A stretch of 64,000 bases of DNA from Macrostomum lignano (taxonomy: Eukaryota). This document shows positions 1 through 13,400 of the stretch, piece after piece. A program made the translations under genes and the position numbers. Each line of letters starts with the position of its first letter. The stretch's first letter is position 1. Where the stretch lies: positions 744,001 to 808,000 of the forward strand of contig NIVC01000012.1 in NCBI GenBank assembly GCA_002269645.1, in the 5' to 3' direction. Under the pieces are notes generated by a model. It saw nothing but the letters and a program-made list of their open reading frames with translations. It was not told where the DNA came from and made no database searches.

Positions 1-42
1 ACAGCTCAATAACTCAGAGTCAATTAATTTATTTTAACTTAC

Positions 43-2087
43 CAGTAATTGAACTTGCCTCGCTCTGAGTCAAGTCGAAATGGTGCTCCAAGTACTTGGC
101 ATTGTAGTTAATAGGCGTGCTCAATGCCACGAATTCGAAAAAGTTGCCAATTAATAAGCACAGAAAAATTGGATTAATAAACAGACGCTTTAGCGAGCGG
201 AAAAGACCTGAAAGGTAAATTGAACACTCTAATCATTTCGCAATTCAAATTCGTGCCAGACGCGTGAAGCAGACTTAGGAGATCTATGCTCGTATTTTTG
301 ATGGTCAAAATTGAGATACAAAGTTTTTCTGCTTTTTTACAAATGAATTCGGGTGTAAAATGACAATTCCTCGGCTCTATTGGTTATATACTTTTGCTCC
401 TTTATTATGGATTTTGTCTCGCATCTCGAAAACCTCACCTAGAAACGTTTTCTCCTGTTTGCGCGACTCCGGATTTCCCAGTTCCTCCTGTTGCAAAATG
501 TCATCCTTCTTCTCGGACTGTTTCAACAGCAGCCTGATGACTGGATTCCGCAGCTTGCTGGGATCTGTGTTCACTCGGAGGGGCACGTTTCTTGGAAAAC
601 AGAACAGAGGCAGAGATGCGGACATGCCCAGAATTCCGGTGGCTAAATAGCCAAGCCACCAGGCCCCAATCCACAGGGGACTTTTCTGACTGCCAACAAA
701 CTGGCTGAGGGTTCCGCTCAGATTCTCGTTCAGCTTTGTCGTCCTGGAGCCAAGCTGGTAGCCCATGATAGGGCCGACTGCCCTCAGCAGAGTGTACAAA
801 CCTGCGATCCGATTCGGGTGGCAAGTCAGCTTATTGATCAAGTTACCATATTCTTTTATCACTCTAGCACTACGAGATACTCGTACTCAACATAATTAGT
901 CACCTTCTATAATATGGATAACATCAGTCGAGCCGAAGTGATTATTTTTGGCCCCATAGTTTCTATCCATCTTTGAATGCATTACCATGCAATCAATTAA
1001 AATGCTGCTGATACGACCCCCCCACCCAGTCTCAGCCAATAGGAAGCAGTAGTTTACAAAGGAAACATCTCCCAAGCGAGACTGAAAACTTCGTTCAAGC
1101 AAACTTACAACTTCGCCGATCTTCCTTCTATTACGAGCGTAAGCAATTTTCGACCGATATTATACCTTGAATAAACAACCTCAGAGATAACCGAACTACT
1201 CTGATTCAATAGATTGGCTTAGTTATAACCTGACAAAAGACAACGCTCCCCCTCTTTATACCAGATCGAACTATCTGATACTTAATAACTGATACCAGTA
1301 CTAACTTAGTCCAATTTAATTTAAGGCACAAAGAAGTGAAATTCAGCTCACCAATAAACACGCCAGACCACTGCTTGGTCATGTCATCGATAAAAGCGAA
1401 CGCCACATTCCAGAACGGTCCCACAGCGACGCCCTGGACGACTCCGCCAAATAGGAAGATGACAAAAGCCACGTTAGACTGGATCGCAGAGCTCCATCGA
1501 GTATCGACAAAAGTGAAATTATCTTGCACTCCTGGAGCAGCCATCTCCATCGCCAAGTCATCAGCTGGTGCTTTGCAGTACGGAATCTTCGAGCTGGACA
1601 AAGTTATGGCTGACGAATTTGGACCGCCAGGCCTTGTTCCAAACACCTCCTCGGTGGTGAACTTCGAGCCGAATAACAAATACGGCAGGAAGTAGATGAT
1701 GCCAGTCGTGCCGTAAGCGAAGTTGCACGCAGCCAGCAGCCTGGGCCGGTGGCTCATGCTGCCGAAATGGGCGGTGAACAGCACGGAGGCCAGGTAGCCA
1801 AAATCGTTGGAAGCCAGCACAAAGCCAACTGTTTGAGTCTTCCAGTCGAATCGCTTCTCGAACGTGCTCACCATGGAATTATGATAGGTGCTGAGCAGTG
1901 ATGTAGCGATAGAAGTGCCAATCAGACACATGAAGAATATACTGAAGCGTCGGCAAGACTGCATCCAGGCTGGCCTGAGGCCGCCTATGCCGCAGTGTTG
2001 GTCATCCTCGGAGTCTACTGAATCACCGTCATTCACCGCTTGGACAGCTTCTAACTGCTCGTCCTGCCGAGGTATCTGTCTCGACAT
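43..2087 (-). CDS. SLCO: Organic anion transporting polypeptide (SLCO/OATP family), 5' part; exons 2087-1352, 801-439, 207-43; continues beyond position 1
   Basis: ATG at 2087 (gccATG). Spliced frame gives FEKRFDWKTQTVGFVLASNDFGY, HRPRLLA, AFAFIDD, GLYTLLRAVGPIMGYQLG, PLWIGAWWLGY, LKRLFINPIF and KYLEHHF, all typical OATP motifs. All junctions are GT-AG and phase 1 (exon lengths 736, 363, 165). Symbol is family level only. Confidence 0.92.
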
Positions 2088-2736
2088 GGCCAACTCGTTA
2101 ATGCGTTTAGCTGCACTTTGGTTGACTAATTGCCGATACAGAAACCGCTCCGCAGGTAGATAGTGACATTTGAACCCCCAGGGTTCAGCCTATATATTGA
2201 ATAGCGAATTCAATTCTACCGCAGATTTTCCAGTGCAGTAATTCGCGCTATTCAAAACTTTTATCGGAGTGGCAGGCCAACGTGGCATGCGCTGCTCGAT
2301 TGATAGCAAACTGTGTTGCCAGCAGCAGCATTTGTGAGAAAGAGAATGTTCAATGCATTTTGTAATCTCCACAGTTTCTGTTTGGCCTTATCACCCTCTG
2401 CTTGCTGGGAGGGACGAAAAGGCAGAGCACAATTAGTAGGCATTTCATACTGCTAAGACCGTGTGAGTTCACTAGTAAGACGCGCTGCTAGTTTTCCTAT
2501 TTATGAATTGAACCGTTGCTATGGGGGTTGATCAGTGCAATTAAAGGCCCCGTCATTCACAAGCTAACAGAAAACGTGCTAGATAAAAGTATTGAAAATT
2601 AGCGACAATACAATATTTATATATTCAACGAGTCTAGTTAATATCAAGTGCCGATGTCCTAAAAATGTTGCTCGGCTTTTTATGGAGCTTCGAATGAGTT
2701 CTTTAAGTGACAGCCCCTTAGCTTTGTATTGGGTGT

Positions 2737-2764
2737 CACTGTATTGAATTGAGCGCCACTGTCT
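2737..2764. repeat. Left copy of imperfect target-site duplication of the LINE
   Basis: cactgtattgaattgagcgccactgtct (2737-2764) versus cactgcgttgaattgagcgccattgtct (8101-8128): 25/28 identical. Confidence 0.75.
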
Positions 2765-5700
2765 GGAGCTCGTGAAGGCGTATTCAGCACGCCAGCGAAG
2801 TATGAGACAGACTAGGCCTATGGGCTAGCTAGCTGTCTGCGATGCTTCACATCCTCCTCTATCTTCAGCGCAGCAGTTACAGGCTGGCAGGAGGTCTGCT
2901 CCATCTATTTGCCTCTGGCAACCGCAGACTCTCCCACGCTGTTTGCAAGTCAACCCAGGGTTACTCGTCCCCGAGAGTGTTCAAAGCAGACCCTAGGGCT
3001 GCTGGACAGTCTGGGCTCCAACGCAGGGTACCCATCCAGTGGCTTTTGCCGAACTTGGGTATGCGGGTTTGGCTCGCTTGTCCGCAGGCCGTGGTACTGC
3101 TCAACGTACCCTCTAATGGCTAAGGTGTTTGACCGCGCCGATGGGCTGGAAGGCCGGGGAGTAGCTAGTCTGGTCGCTGGCAAACCACTTTTTCCTTTCT
3201 ATCTTTTTCCTTGTGACTCTGCTCACTCCTTCCCTCTTTCAGCCGTGGCATCCTCCGCCTCTAATATTCCCGTTGAAGCCGTGACCCCCTTGAACTTCGG
3301 CCGGTGATTCTGGCGCCAGCGCCACCTCACCGGGGGCAGTTAAGGTCGCCATTGGCTCGCCTGGCGACAAAACGACGTGCCCCCAATTAACGCCACAACG
3401 AGCGGCGATGGCGACAACGCGACAGGGAGGCTGCGGGCCGGCCACTTGCGGAGGCGGAACTTCGGGAGGGCGAGGCTGTTGGGCCAAAAGGAGCCACAGC
3501 AACCCCTGCCCCCAGGATACAACCCCCGCTGGTATGCCATCCAGCTAAACTGCCATCAGCGCGGCCGGGCCTTCCGGAGCCGCCGCCACTAACTATGCCT
3601 CAAAGATCAAGCTCCAACTTGCGGTCATCGTCTTCGGGGAGGAGCAAGACCTCACTGCCGATGAGCTCGACAGTGCCTGGCGCACTATTGATGCTGCACT
3701 TATTGACCAGCGCTTAGCAGGCCACCCCGTGAGCGTGGTCAAATCAGCCAAGACCGACGGCTGCATTTTCATCTGGTGAAACTCGGAGAAGAGAAGCCGA
3801 TGTCTACACGAGCTTCTGCCAAAGCAGAACTGGCCCAAGAAGCTCCGCAAACTCGTCCTCGCCAGCAAGGGCGTGCGACAAAAGACCCAACGCTTTCGCG
3901 TCTGTATTTCGACCGGCATTGGCATTAAGTTGGGAGATTAGCTGAGGCAGATCCTGCTGAAGCTGCACCCTGACCTTGAGGTTAATGGGCACTTGCATCA
4001 CACCACTTCCCGCAAAAGAGGGGGGCCACGGTGATCCTAGTTCTCTCTGACGATTGGGTTAAGCGCTTGCTGCCTAAGTCCACAATCCACCTTGGTCAGA
4101 CTCAGCTGACCATCCTCCGTTGTGAGGAGCGGAAAGCTGACGAAGCCAAGCATGCTGAGGCTTCCAAAACCGGAACTGGGGCCCAGGCTACTCCACGCTA
4201 AGAAGCTGAGGCAAACGGCTGATCTTCAGCCAGGTAAGGCAGTTCACGCTGCTGAATCCGGCAACCGCAACCGCAAACCTGCCAGGAGCACCCGGAGGTC
4301 CGGGTCCGCCCTTCTCGCGCTCCATCCCGACAGCCAGAAAGCCTTGCAGGTTGTAGCTAGGGAGACGTTGACCGACTGGTCGTCGGGGATCCTTCCTCGA
4401 CAGGAGGCTGGCGTCACCCGCATCGACTTGACCAACGAGGTGGAGGGGCTGGGTAGTGATGGCACCGAAGCACCCATGGGAGGCGACGGAAACGTCCTCG
4501 CTGGGCTCGTGCCCGCGGAGGATTCTACAGCCACCCTAACTGCCGAGGACGCTAAAGCTCCCATGGAGGTCTGCAGGCCAATCACCTCTGAAAAGAAGGA
4601 GGATGACCTGCTCCACGATTTCGCTGCTCCACGTGATAATGATCAGCAGCCAGGGAATCCGATGCCTGCAGATTAATCTGTAGCACTGCTTAGTAGCCTC
4701 GGTCAACCTTGTGCGTTACGCCGAGCTCGACATGCTGGACGACATGCCGAACTCGTGCAGGAAACCTGGAGCCTAAAAGATAAGCCTTAGAACGCCCCTT
4801 CCGGCTACTATTGTTTCTATATTTACCCACGCGAGGCCAGTCAGCCTCCCAGAGCCTGAATCTTTGCGGCTAAAACACCCAGCGCGTGGCTCAGATTGGA
4901 CCTGTCTAACAGGGACATCTGCGTCAGCCAATCTGAGGACCTCTTTCCTGGGAAAATCACCCTCGTTGCCTCGGTTTTACCTTACCAGGCGATGTTGTTG
5001 TCGTCCCCAGAACCCTCTATACGTTAGACGAGCTCTGCTCCGCAAAAACATAGGAGCTCATGGTTGCCGGCGATATCAACGACCAACATACTCACTGGGG
5101 CAGCACGGGCATTAATCATTAACCTCCTACGGGTCCACGGGAGGCATTAACCTCCTAGCGCCTCTGTTGCCTCCACGACCCTCGATTTTTGCATTTCTGG
5201 GTCCTATCTTTGACAACGGACGATTTTCGGAGGTGATCGATGCCACACTGGCAACATCCAGGCTCTACCAAAGCACTGGGGCGAGGCGGGTGCCTCCGGC
5301 GTCATCCGTCTCCGATTACAAGTTCATCTCCTTCAACCTGATGGCCGCGCGCAGCGTGAATCGTGTTACGTGGAGACGGAACGCCAAAAAAACTGATTAG
5401 GATACCTTTAGATTCGCCCTGAAGGAGTTCCATCAATATTCGGTGCAACTATCCACGATCACGACGTGCGCGACTGTGCTGACATAAATGCTAACTGCCG
5501 CCTTTGAGGCATCCTGCCCTTTAAAAGCCTATACTCGTAAAGGGAAAAATCTGCGCCGTGGTGGAATCCCGAGCTCGGCCACCTCGGCAGAGCTCGGCAG
5601 AGCTAAGAGACTCCACCGCAGAGCAACTAAAACCAAGAGCCCAGCGGACCAAGCCGCCTATCATGAAGCAATCCATGATTTTACGAGTCGTGAATGCGCT

Positions 5701-8100
5701 TACGCTGGACAAAAAATGTCTAAGCTTTCCTCGATAAAACGCTCCGATGGCACGCCCACGCATAACTCAAGGGAAACGCTTCATACGATGCTCCATGCGT
5801 TTTTCCCAACTAGCCGACTAACCTGACCGCCCGGATCACTTTGAGGAGGTCACGCGCTGGCTGCCTCTATCATCACGGAGGTGACGCATCGTAAGAGCAG
5901 CTACCTCCTTTATGCCCTTCAAAGCTTAAATGACTTTTTCGGGCGGGTCGCTCCACCGAAAGCGCGCTACACGTCCTGGTCGATAAATTAGAGAAGGCCG
6001 TGCTTGGCAACGACTTCGCTCTGGGGATCTTCCTGAACGTCATTGGCGCCTTCGATAACGTCCTCTTCGAGGCTTTCCGGAGAGCCCTCTGTAAAAGGCC
6101 AACGCACTCACATCTCACCAGATGGATCATGTACATGATCAACCATCGCACGGCTATAGCTCGCTGGTCTACCAGAGGACGATCCCCGTCTGCAAATGTA
6201 GCCCGCAAGGTGGGGTGCTGTCTCCAGTTCTCTGGAATATGGTTGATTAGCTCCTTCGGGATGCTCGGCCTGACCCCATTCTGAAAGTAGGATATGTGGA
6301 CGATGTCTCCGCAGTGGTGTTTTGTCCGTCCCCTGACACCGTCAGGGACCTCCTTCAGAATTTCATCCAGAATTTCATTCAGAGCAATGGGCGGTCGGAT
6401 CCTTCTGGTCTAAAGCTCTCTAAGACTAAGACGACGGCGATCATGTTCACCAGCAGGACCAAGTGGCAGATTCGGCCGCTCACGCTTTACGGAAGGGAAA
6501 TCCCCTTCTGCCAGCAGACTAAATGTCTAGGGATTACCCTGGATCACAGGCTGAACTGGTCACCCACGTTCAGGCTAAAGCCCAGAGGGCCTTTGCAGTT
6601 CTCGCGTAGCTGCATAGGGCCGTCGGGCACCACCTGGGGGCTCAACCCCAAGCGCCTCTGGTGGATCTACACTGCAATGGTTAGGCCTGCTATCTCGTAC
6701 GGCGGCCTGATCTGGGCTAGCGCCCTGCAGATGAGGACCTGCCTGAGGACTCTCAGGAGAGCGCAAGGGCGCGCATGCCGCATGATCATGAGCATCCCCT
6801 ATCTGCTCCTTCGATGGCCTCAACGCCTTCCTCAAGATTCCCCCGCTGGACATCTTTGTCCGCAAGGGAATTGCGGCTAAGACTGCCCGCCGTCTTATTG
6901 ACGCCGGCATTCGTTTCCTGCCCCATAGGGATATGGCTAAGCGCAAGCTCCTGCCTCACACCGACCTCTGCCTCAAGACTTGAGAGACGGCGGTGGGCTC
7001 CACGTCTTATCTGACGGTGAACCCCGCACTCTCAACCTCTTTGACCGCTACAAAGTCACATCCCCTCAAGGATGCTGCCACTGACCACTGGAATTTACAG
7101 AAGGTCCATTGCAACACGGATGGAACCATCAAAGACGGCTACGCTGGATTTGGGTTCTGCATCATCGTCAACGGCTGCGTCATTGCCACGCATGGCCAGC
7201 ACACTGGCAGACTCTCTACCGTCTTCCAGAACGAAGTCCTTGCTATCAGCTCTTGCGGCGCAGAACTGAATGCCAAGGGTACGAGATAAGAGACTATCGT
7301 CATCAACTCTGTCAGCCAATCGGTTTTACAGGCCCTTTGCTACACCACCACGAACTTCCGGACAGTCGCTGGCTACGCTCGGGAGCTCAACCTCCTGGCC
7401 AGTAGCAATACTTTCAAGGCTGAAGTGGATCCCAGGGCACGCAGGGTTCCCGGGGAAGTACATGTGGTTGGCAGACACCCTCCTTCCTAGGCCCTGAGCC
7501 CGTGGTCCCTACGAGCGTATCCCTTCTGCGGTCATTATTCGTCAGATCGATGACTAGGCTGATTCCCTTCACATGGACAGATGGGCAGGCACCCAGAACT
7601 GCCGGCAATCACGAGCCGTGGTTCCGTGCCCCTATTGCAGGCTCAGGAACGTCGTTATGAACCAAAACCAGATGGATAATCGCACCCTCGTCATGACCCT
7701 TACCAGCCATGGCTACCTCGCCAGGCACTTCTTCCTCTGAGGTGACCTCAATAGTGAAATTTGCCCTTTTTGCGAATACGACCATGAAGATGCTCTGCAC
7801 TTTGTTTGTCACTGCCTTTTCTTTACCAGAGACCGGCTGCGCTATCTCGGGCCGAACCCGTCTATTGACGAGTTCTGCTGGCCCGACAGTATCTCATGGC
7901 TCATCCAATTTATTCGGGCGACATGACGAGCCACTTTTTTCCCTACGAAAGATCATGCGGCAGGACGGACCGGCGGACCACCCTGACCGGCCCCACGCCT
8001 CTGCCTGTCTGCGGGCCTTCAGGGGCTAGCGGAATGGGCAAACCTCGCCTCCCCACTGTGTCTACGGAACACACTGCTGCTAAGTCAAAGAAGTCAAGGC
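2765..8100 (+). mobile_element. Decayed, apparently full-length non-LTR retrotransposon with ORF1 plus APE-RT-RNase H (I-group, R1/LOA-like)
   Basis: Fragmented frames: APE-like GDINDQHTHWGS, VIDATLAT and SVSDYKFISF (about 5060-5340); RT-like LGIFLNVIGAFDNV, YVDD, LSKTKTTAIMF and KCLGITLDHRLNW (about 6020-6560); RNase H-like VHCNTDGT, STVFQNEVLAI and LKWIPGHAG (about 7100-7450); C-terminal CPFCEYDHEDALHFVCHC (about 7760-7820). Many stops and frameshifts. Flanked by a near-identical 28-bp duplication. Clade assignment is inference. Confidence 0.85.
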
Positions 8101-8128
8101 CACTGCGTTGAATTGAGCGCCATTGTCT
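8101..8128. repeat. Right copy of imperfect target-site duplication of the LINE
   Basis: Matches 2737-2764 at 25/28 positions. Confidence 0.75.
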
Positions 8129-8429
8129 TCTGTTGCAAGCCACTGTCTCACACGAGTAATAAATAGTAATAGAAACATATTTATTCTCCTTTTTTGCAGA
8201 AACCAGCTTCTTGGAGGATCATAAATGCATTGGATACGTCTCGCGGACGTTCCTCGACCTAAAAAATACGCATTGAAGACGTCTAACTTTCTATTGGCAG
8301 CGTAATTTTGTTATATGGGATGGTCTCTCATCGGACTACCACCTTGCACGTCCTTGGGCACTCCTGCTATGTGGAGGCCCAGAAAGGTGGACCGCAAGGT
8401 GGATTCCTCGGCCCAATTCTCTAGAACGT

Positions 8430-9014
8430 GGTCATGGAAGATTTGCTCAGCAGCCCGTGTCCTGACCCGGTACAGAAGGTCCGATATACGGACGCTGTTA
8501 CCACCCCTATGGCTGAACCATCAACCGCGGTCCTAAGACACCTCCTCCAAGCCTTCAACCACCATGCCGAGCGCTGGGCAAACCGCTGCAGTCTGAGATG
8601 GACCTCACATGTCCAAACCAAAGTCCCTAAAGCTGTCACCCCCCCAAGAGGGGTACGCCCCAATTTTTCTAACCCCTGGGATGTGTCGATCTGCGTCAGT
8701 ATGCGGGAAATCCTGCACACTTGGAGTTTGCAGGATTTCAATTAGACTCAACTTACTACTTACTGTATTTACCCAGGTATAAGCAGAGCCATATTTCTAA
8801 CTACTCGTATCTAAGCCAAGGAAACTTGACTGATCTGCTTTCATCTTTGGTCTCGTCAACAAGTCTCTTTCTGTGCACAGTCACTGCGAGACCTACATGT
8901 ACTGAAGGCCAAAAAATGAATTCTTCTGGAGTCAATAGCGCGCATGATGAAGCGTTCCGGGAGATGAAAAGGGAGCTGAGCAGAATCCCCAAGATGGCCT
9001 ATTATGATCAATAG
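8430..9014 (+). pseudogene. Decayed Ty3/Gypsy-type RT/connection fragment
   Basis: LEFAGFQL, GNLTDLLSSLV and HDEAFREMKRELSRIPKMAYYD resemble the gypsy RT thumb-connection region; interrupted, no LTRs seen. Confidence 0.5.
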
Positions 9015-9229
9015 GAGCAGACTGAATTTTGTACGATTAACCTTCTAAAGTCTACCCAAGAAATATACGAGCTATCGTTTTGAGCTCAAGTGCGACAAGT
9101 GTGACAGGGCTAAGTTTCTGTCTGCTCAATTTCGCATCGCAACAGACTTCACACATCCAAATGAAAGCCCATAAAAGTTTTCGCGACTCTCCCGCAGATC
9201 CGCAGAGCTTTCGGTGCTACCTGGGGCCT

Positions 9230-9410
9230 CATAAGACCGGCCATCTCTTTTGCCTTTGGAACAGTGCCCTGGCGGTGAAAGGGGTTCAGCTTGAAGCTCT
9301 TAACAGAGTGCAAGGCCCCGCTTGTCAAGCTATCATGAGCGCGACTCCCTCTCCGCCCTTTGCTGGCATGAATTTCTTTATATCTGGCCATCCTATTAAA
9401 TTACATGTAC
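9230..9410 (+). pseudogene. Short non-LTR retrotransposon ORF2 fragment
   Basis: LEALNRVQGPACQAIMSATPSPPFAGMNFFISGHPIKLHV parallels LRTLRRAQGRACRMIMSIP of the LINE at about 6750. Confidence 0.4.
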
Positions 9411-10365
9411 CAGTTGTAAAATCAGATTTACTTTCTAATAAGAAAGTTCAACAAAAAATTCTAGCTTACTACTTACTACCTACAATCAAACTGTAGTATA
9501 ATTACCAAAAAACTATAAAAAATTTCCTGAGTTACCAAAACCTGATAAAAAATGCTTCTAGTTGTGTGCACTCAAATGACACTTATTGAAAATGATTTTT
9601 GCAGCAAGCTTTATCTAAAAACGTAGTTGCAACGCTACAGACTTAGACGCAGTGAAGTATCTCTCTCTATGTCTTCTCTTAAGGTAAAATGGTCAGTTAT
9701 AGATAACGTCAGAGCAGCATGGAATTTAACCCCACCCAAGGATCAAAAGAGTTCGGCACGGATAATCAAGACACAGCTAAAATGAAAGTGCTGCAGTTGG
9801 GCAGTAACACCTGACTTAGAAATGGCTAATCTCTCTAGCTGCCCTGTTGCTTACAGATTTTATATATTGTGTATAGTGCAAATCCTATATACTAAAAATG
9901 AGTTGTCTGTATGTATGTATGTATATGGGTATGCGATTGATTTCAGAAAAAACGGCTCAACCGATTTTCTTCAAACTTGCATCATTCGATCAGAAATTTT
10001 CCTGGCACAGTACATGCATCTTGGCTAAGAAATTGCTCAATGTTAAAGGGATTAAATATTCGAAAAACACGCTTTTTTGCAAAGGTCAAGCAAAATTTTC
10101 GACTTGAAATGCATTGTAAGAATGCTAGAGAAAAAACTGACTGACTGAATTTCAATTCTGATAAAGATTGCATCACAACAAGTTGAAAACAGTGCCGAAG
10201 AAATGCACACACGACTTGATTGAAATTGCGTAACCATATTGCTAACTCGAAGTGAGACTGATACTGGCTGACTGAGAAATTGATTATGTCATAACTTTTT
10301 ACTCCAATTGACTTGCTGTAAGAATTGAATTATAAGGGCCACAATTCATGTTCTCCAATTGAAAA

Positions 10366-10432
10366 GAGATAGCCCTGATGCGAACAGACTGGAATGCTAA
10401 TGTAGCGACCTGGGTTCGAGTCTTAGAAGCGC
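10366..10432 (+). other. tRNA-like (Pol III A/B-box) module in H1; homologs at about 16931-16996, 23803-23870 and 26627-26690
   Basis: B-box GGTTCGAGTC/GGTTCGAAT in all four units; A-box-like TAGCCTAGAGG in H3/H4; anticodon-arm-like CTGGA-CTGCTAA-TGCAG and T-arm CTGGG-TTCGAAT-CTTAG in H2; each is followed by a T run. No convincing acceptor stem, so not called a tRNA gene. Confidence 0.55.
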
Positions 10433-10499
10433 AAAATAATTTTTTTATTAAAACACCTTAAAAACTAAAAAACTGCTAAACATAAAAAAAGCGCAATAG

Positions 10500-13400
10500 A
10501 AGAGCCACCATGTCAAACCTAAAGGAGCCACCATGTCGAACATTAAAGAACCACCATGTCGAACATAAAAGAGCCACCATATCGAACATAAAAGAGTTAC
10601 CATGTTAAAAATTAAAGAGCCACCATGTCGAACATAGAAGAGCCACCATGTCGAACATAGAAGAGCCACCATGTCAAACATTAAAGAGCCACCATATCAA
10701 ACATAAAAGAGTTACCATGTCAAACATTAAAGAGCCACATTGTCAAGCATTAAAGACCCACCATTTCAAACCTAAAATAGTTACCATGTCAAACATTCAA
10801 TAGCCACCATGTCAAACATTAAAGAGCCACCATGTCGAACATAAAAGAGCCACCATATTAAACATAAAAGAGTTACCATGTCAAACATTAAAGAGCCACC
10901 ATGTCGAACATTAAAGAGCCACCATGTCAAACATTAAAGAGCCACATTGTCAAGCATTAAAGACCCACCATTTCAAACCTAAAAGAGCCACCATGTCAAA
11001 CATTAAAGAGCCACCATGTCGAACATTAAAGAGCCACCTTGTCAAATATTAAAGAGCCACCATTTCAAACCTAAAGAAGCCACCATGTCGAACATACAAG
11101 AGCCACCATGTCGAACATAGAAAAGCCACCATGTCAAACATTAAAGAGTCACCATGTCAAACATTAAAGAGCCACCGTTTCAAACCTAAAAGAGCCACCA
11201 TGTTAAAAATTAAAGAGCCACCATGTCAAACATAAAACAGACACCATTAAGAACATTAAAGAGCCACCATGTCAAATATAAAACAGCCACCATTTCGAAA
11301 ATTAAGGAGCCACCATTTCAAAAATTTAAGAGCCGCTATGTTAAACATTAAAGGGCCACCTTGTCAAATATTAAAGAGCCACCATTTCAACCCTAAAAGA
11401 GCGACCCTGTCGAACATACAAGAGCCACCATGTCGAACATAAAAGAGCCACCATGTCGAACATACAAGAGCCACCATGTCGAACATAGAAAAGCCACCAT
11501 GTCGAACATAGAAAAGCCACCATGTTAAACATTAAAGAGCCAATATTTCAAACCTAAAGGAGCCACCATGTCGAACATAAAAGAGTCACCATGTTAAAAA
11601 TTAAAGAGCCACCATGTCGAACATTAAAGAGCCACCATTTCAAACATTAAAGAGCCACCATGTCAAACATTAAAGAGCCACCGGTTCAAACCTAAAAGAG
11701 CCACCATGTCGAACATTAAAGAGCCACCATGTCAAACATAAAACAGACACCATGTCAAACATTAAAGAGCCACCATGTCAAACATTAAAGAGCCACCGGT
11801 TCAAACCTAAAAGAGCCACCATGTCGAACATTAAAAAGCCACCATGTCAAACATTAAAGAGCCACATTGTCAAACATTAAAAAGCCACCATTTCAAACCT
11901 AAAAGAGCCACCATGTCAAACATTAAAGAGCCACCATGTCAAACATTAAAGAGCCACCTTGTCAAATATTAAAGAGCCACCATTTCAAACCTAAAGAAGC
12001 CACCATGTCGAACATACAAGAGCCACCATGTCGAACATTAAAGAGCCACCATATCAAACATAAAAGAGTTACCATGTCAAACATTAAAGAGCCACCATGT
12101 CAAACATTAAAGAGCCACCATGTCGAACATAAAAGAGCCACCATATCAAACATAAAAGAGTTACCATGTCAAACATTAAAGAGCCACCATGTCGAACATT
12201 AAAGAGCCACCATGTCAAACATTAAAGAGCCACCTTGTCAAATATTAAAGAGCCACCATGTCGAACATAAAAGAGCCACCATATCAAACATAAAAGAGTT
12301 ACCATGTCAAACATTAAAGAGCCACATTGTCAAGCATTAAAGACCCACCATTTCAAACCTAAAATAGTTACCATGTCAAACATTCAATAGCCACCATGTC
12401 AAACATTAAAGAGCCACCATGTCGAACATAAAAGAGCCACCATATTAAACATAAAAGAGTTACCATGTCAAACATTAAAGAGCCACCATGTCGAACATTA
12501 AAGAGCCACCATGTCAAACATTAAAGAGCCACATTGTCAAGCATTAAAGACCCACCATTTCAAACCTAAAAGAGCCACCATGTCAAACATTAAAGAGCCA
12601 CCATGTCGAACATTAAAGAGCCGCCTTGTCAAATATTAAAGAGCCACCATTTCAAACCTAAAGAAGCCACCATGTCGAACATACAAGAGCCACCATGTCG
12701 AACATAGAAAAGCCACCATGTCAAACATTAAAGAGTCACCATGTCAAACATTAAAGAGCCACCGTTTCAAACCTAAAAGAGCCACCATGTTAAAAATTAA
12801 AGAGCCACCATGTCAAACATAAAACAGACACCATTAAGAACATTAAAGAGCCACCATGTCAAATATAAAACAGCCACCATTTCGAAAATTAAGGAGCCAC
12901 CATTTCAAAAATTTAAGAGCCGCTATGTTAAACATTAAAGGGCCACCTTGTCAAATATTAAAGAGCCACCATTTCAAACCTAAAAGAGCGACCCTGTCGA
13001 ACATACAAGAGCCACCATGTCGAACATAAAAGAGCCACCATGTCGAACATACAAGAGCCACCATGTCGAACATAGAAAAGCCACCATGTCGAACATAGAA
13101 AAGCCACCATGTTAAACATTAAAGAGCCAATATTTCAAACCTAAAGGAGCCACCATGTCGAACATAAAAGAGTCACCATGTTAAAAATTAAAGAGCCACC
13201 ATGTCGAACATTAAAGAGCCACCATTTCAAACATTAAAGAGCCACCATGTCAAACATTAAAGAGCCACCGGTTCAAACCTAAAAGAGCCACCATGTCGAA
13301 CATTAAAGAGCCACCATGTCAAACATAAAACAGACACCATGTCAAACATTAAAGAGCCACCATGTCAAACATTAAAGAGCCACCGGTTCAAACCTAAAAG

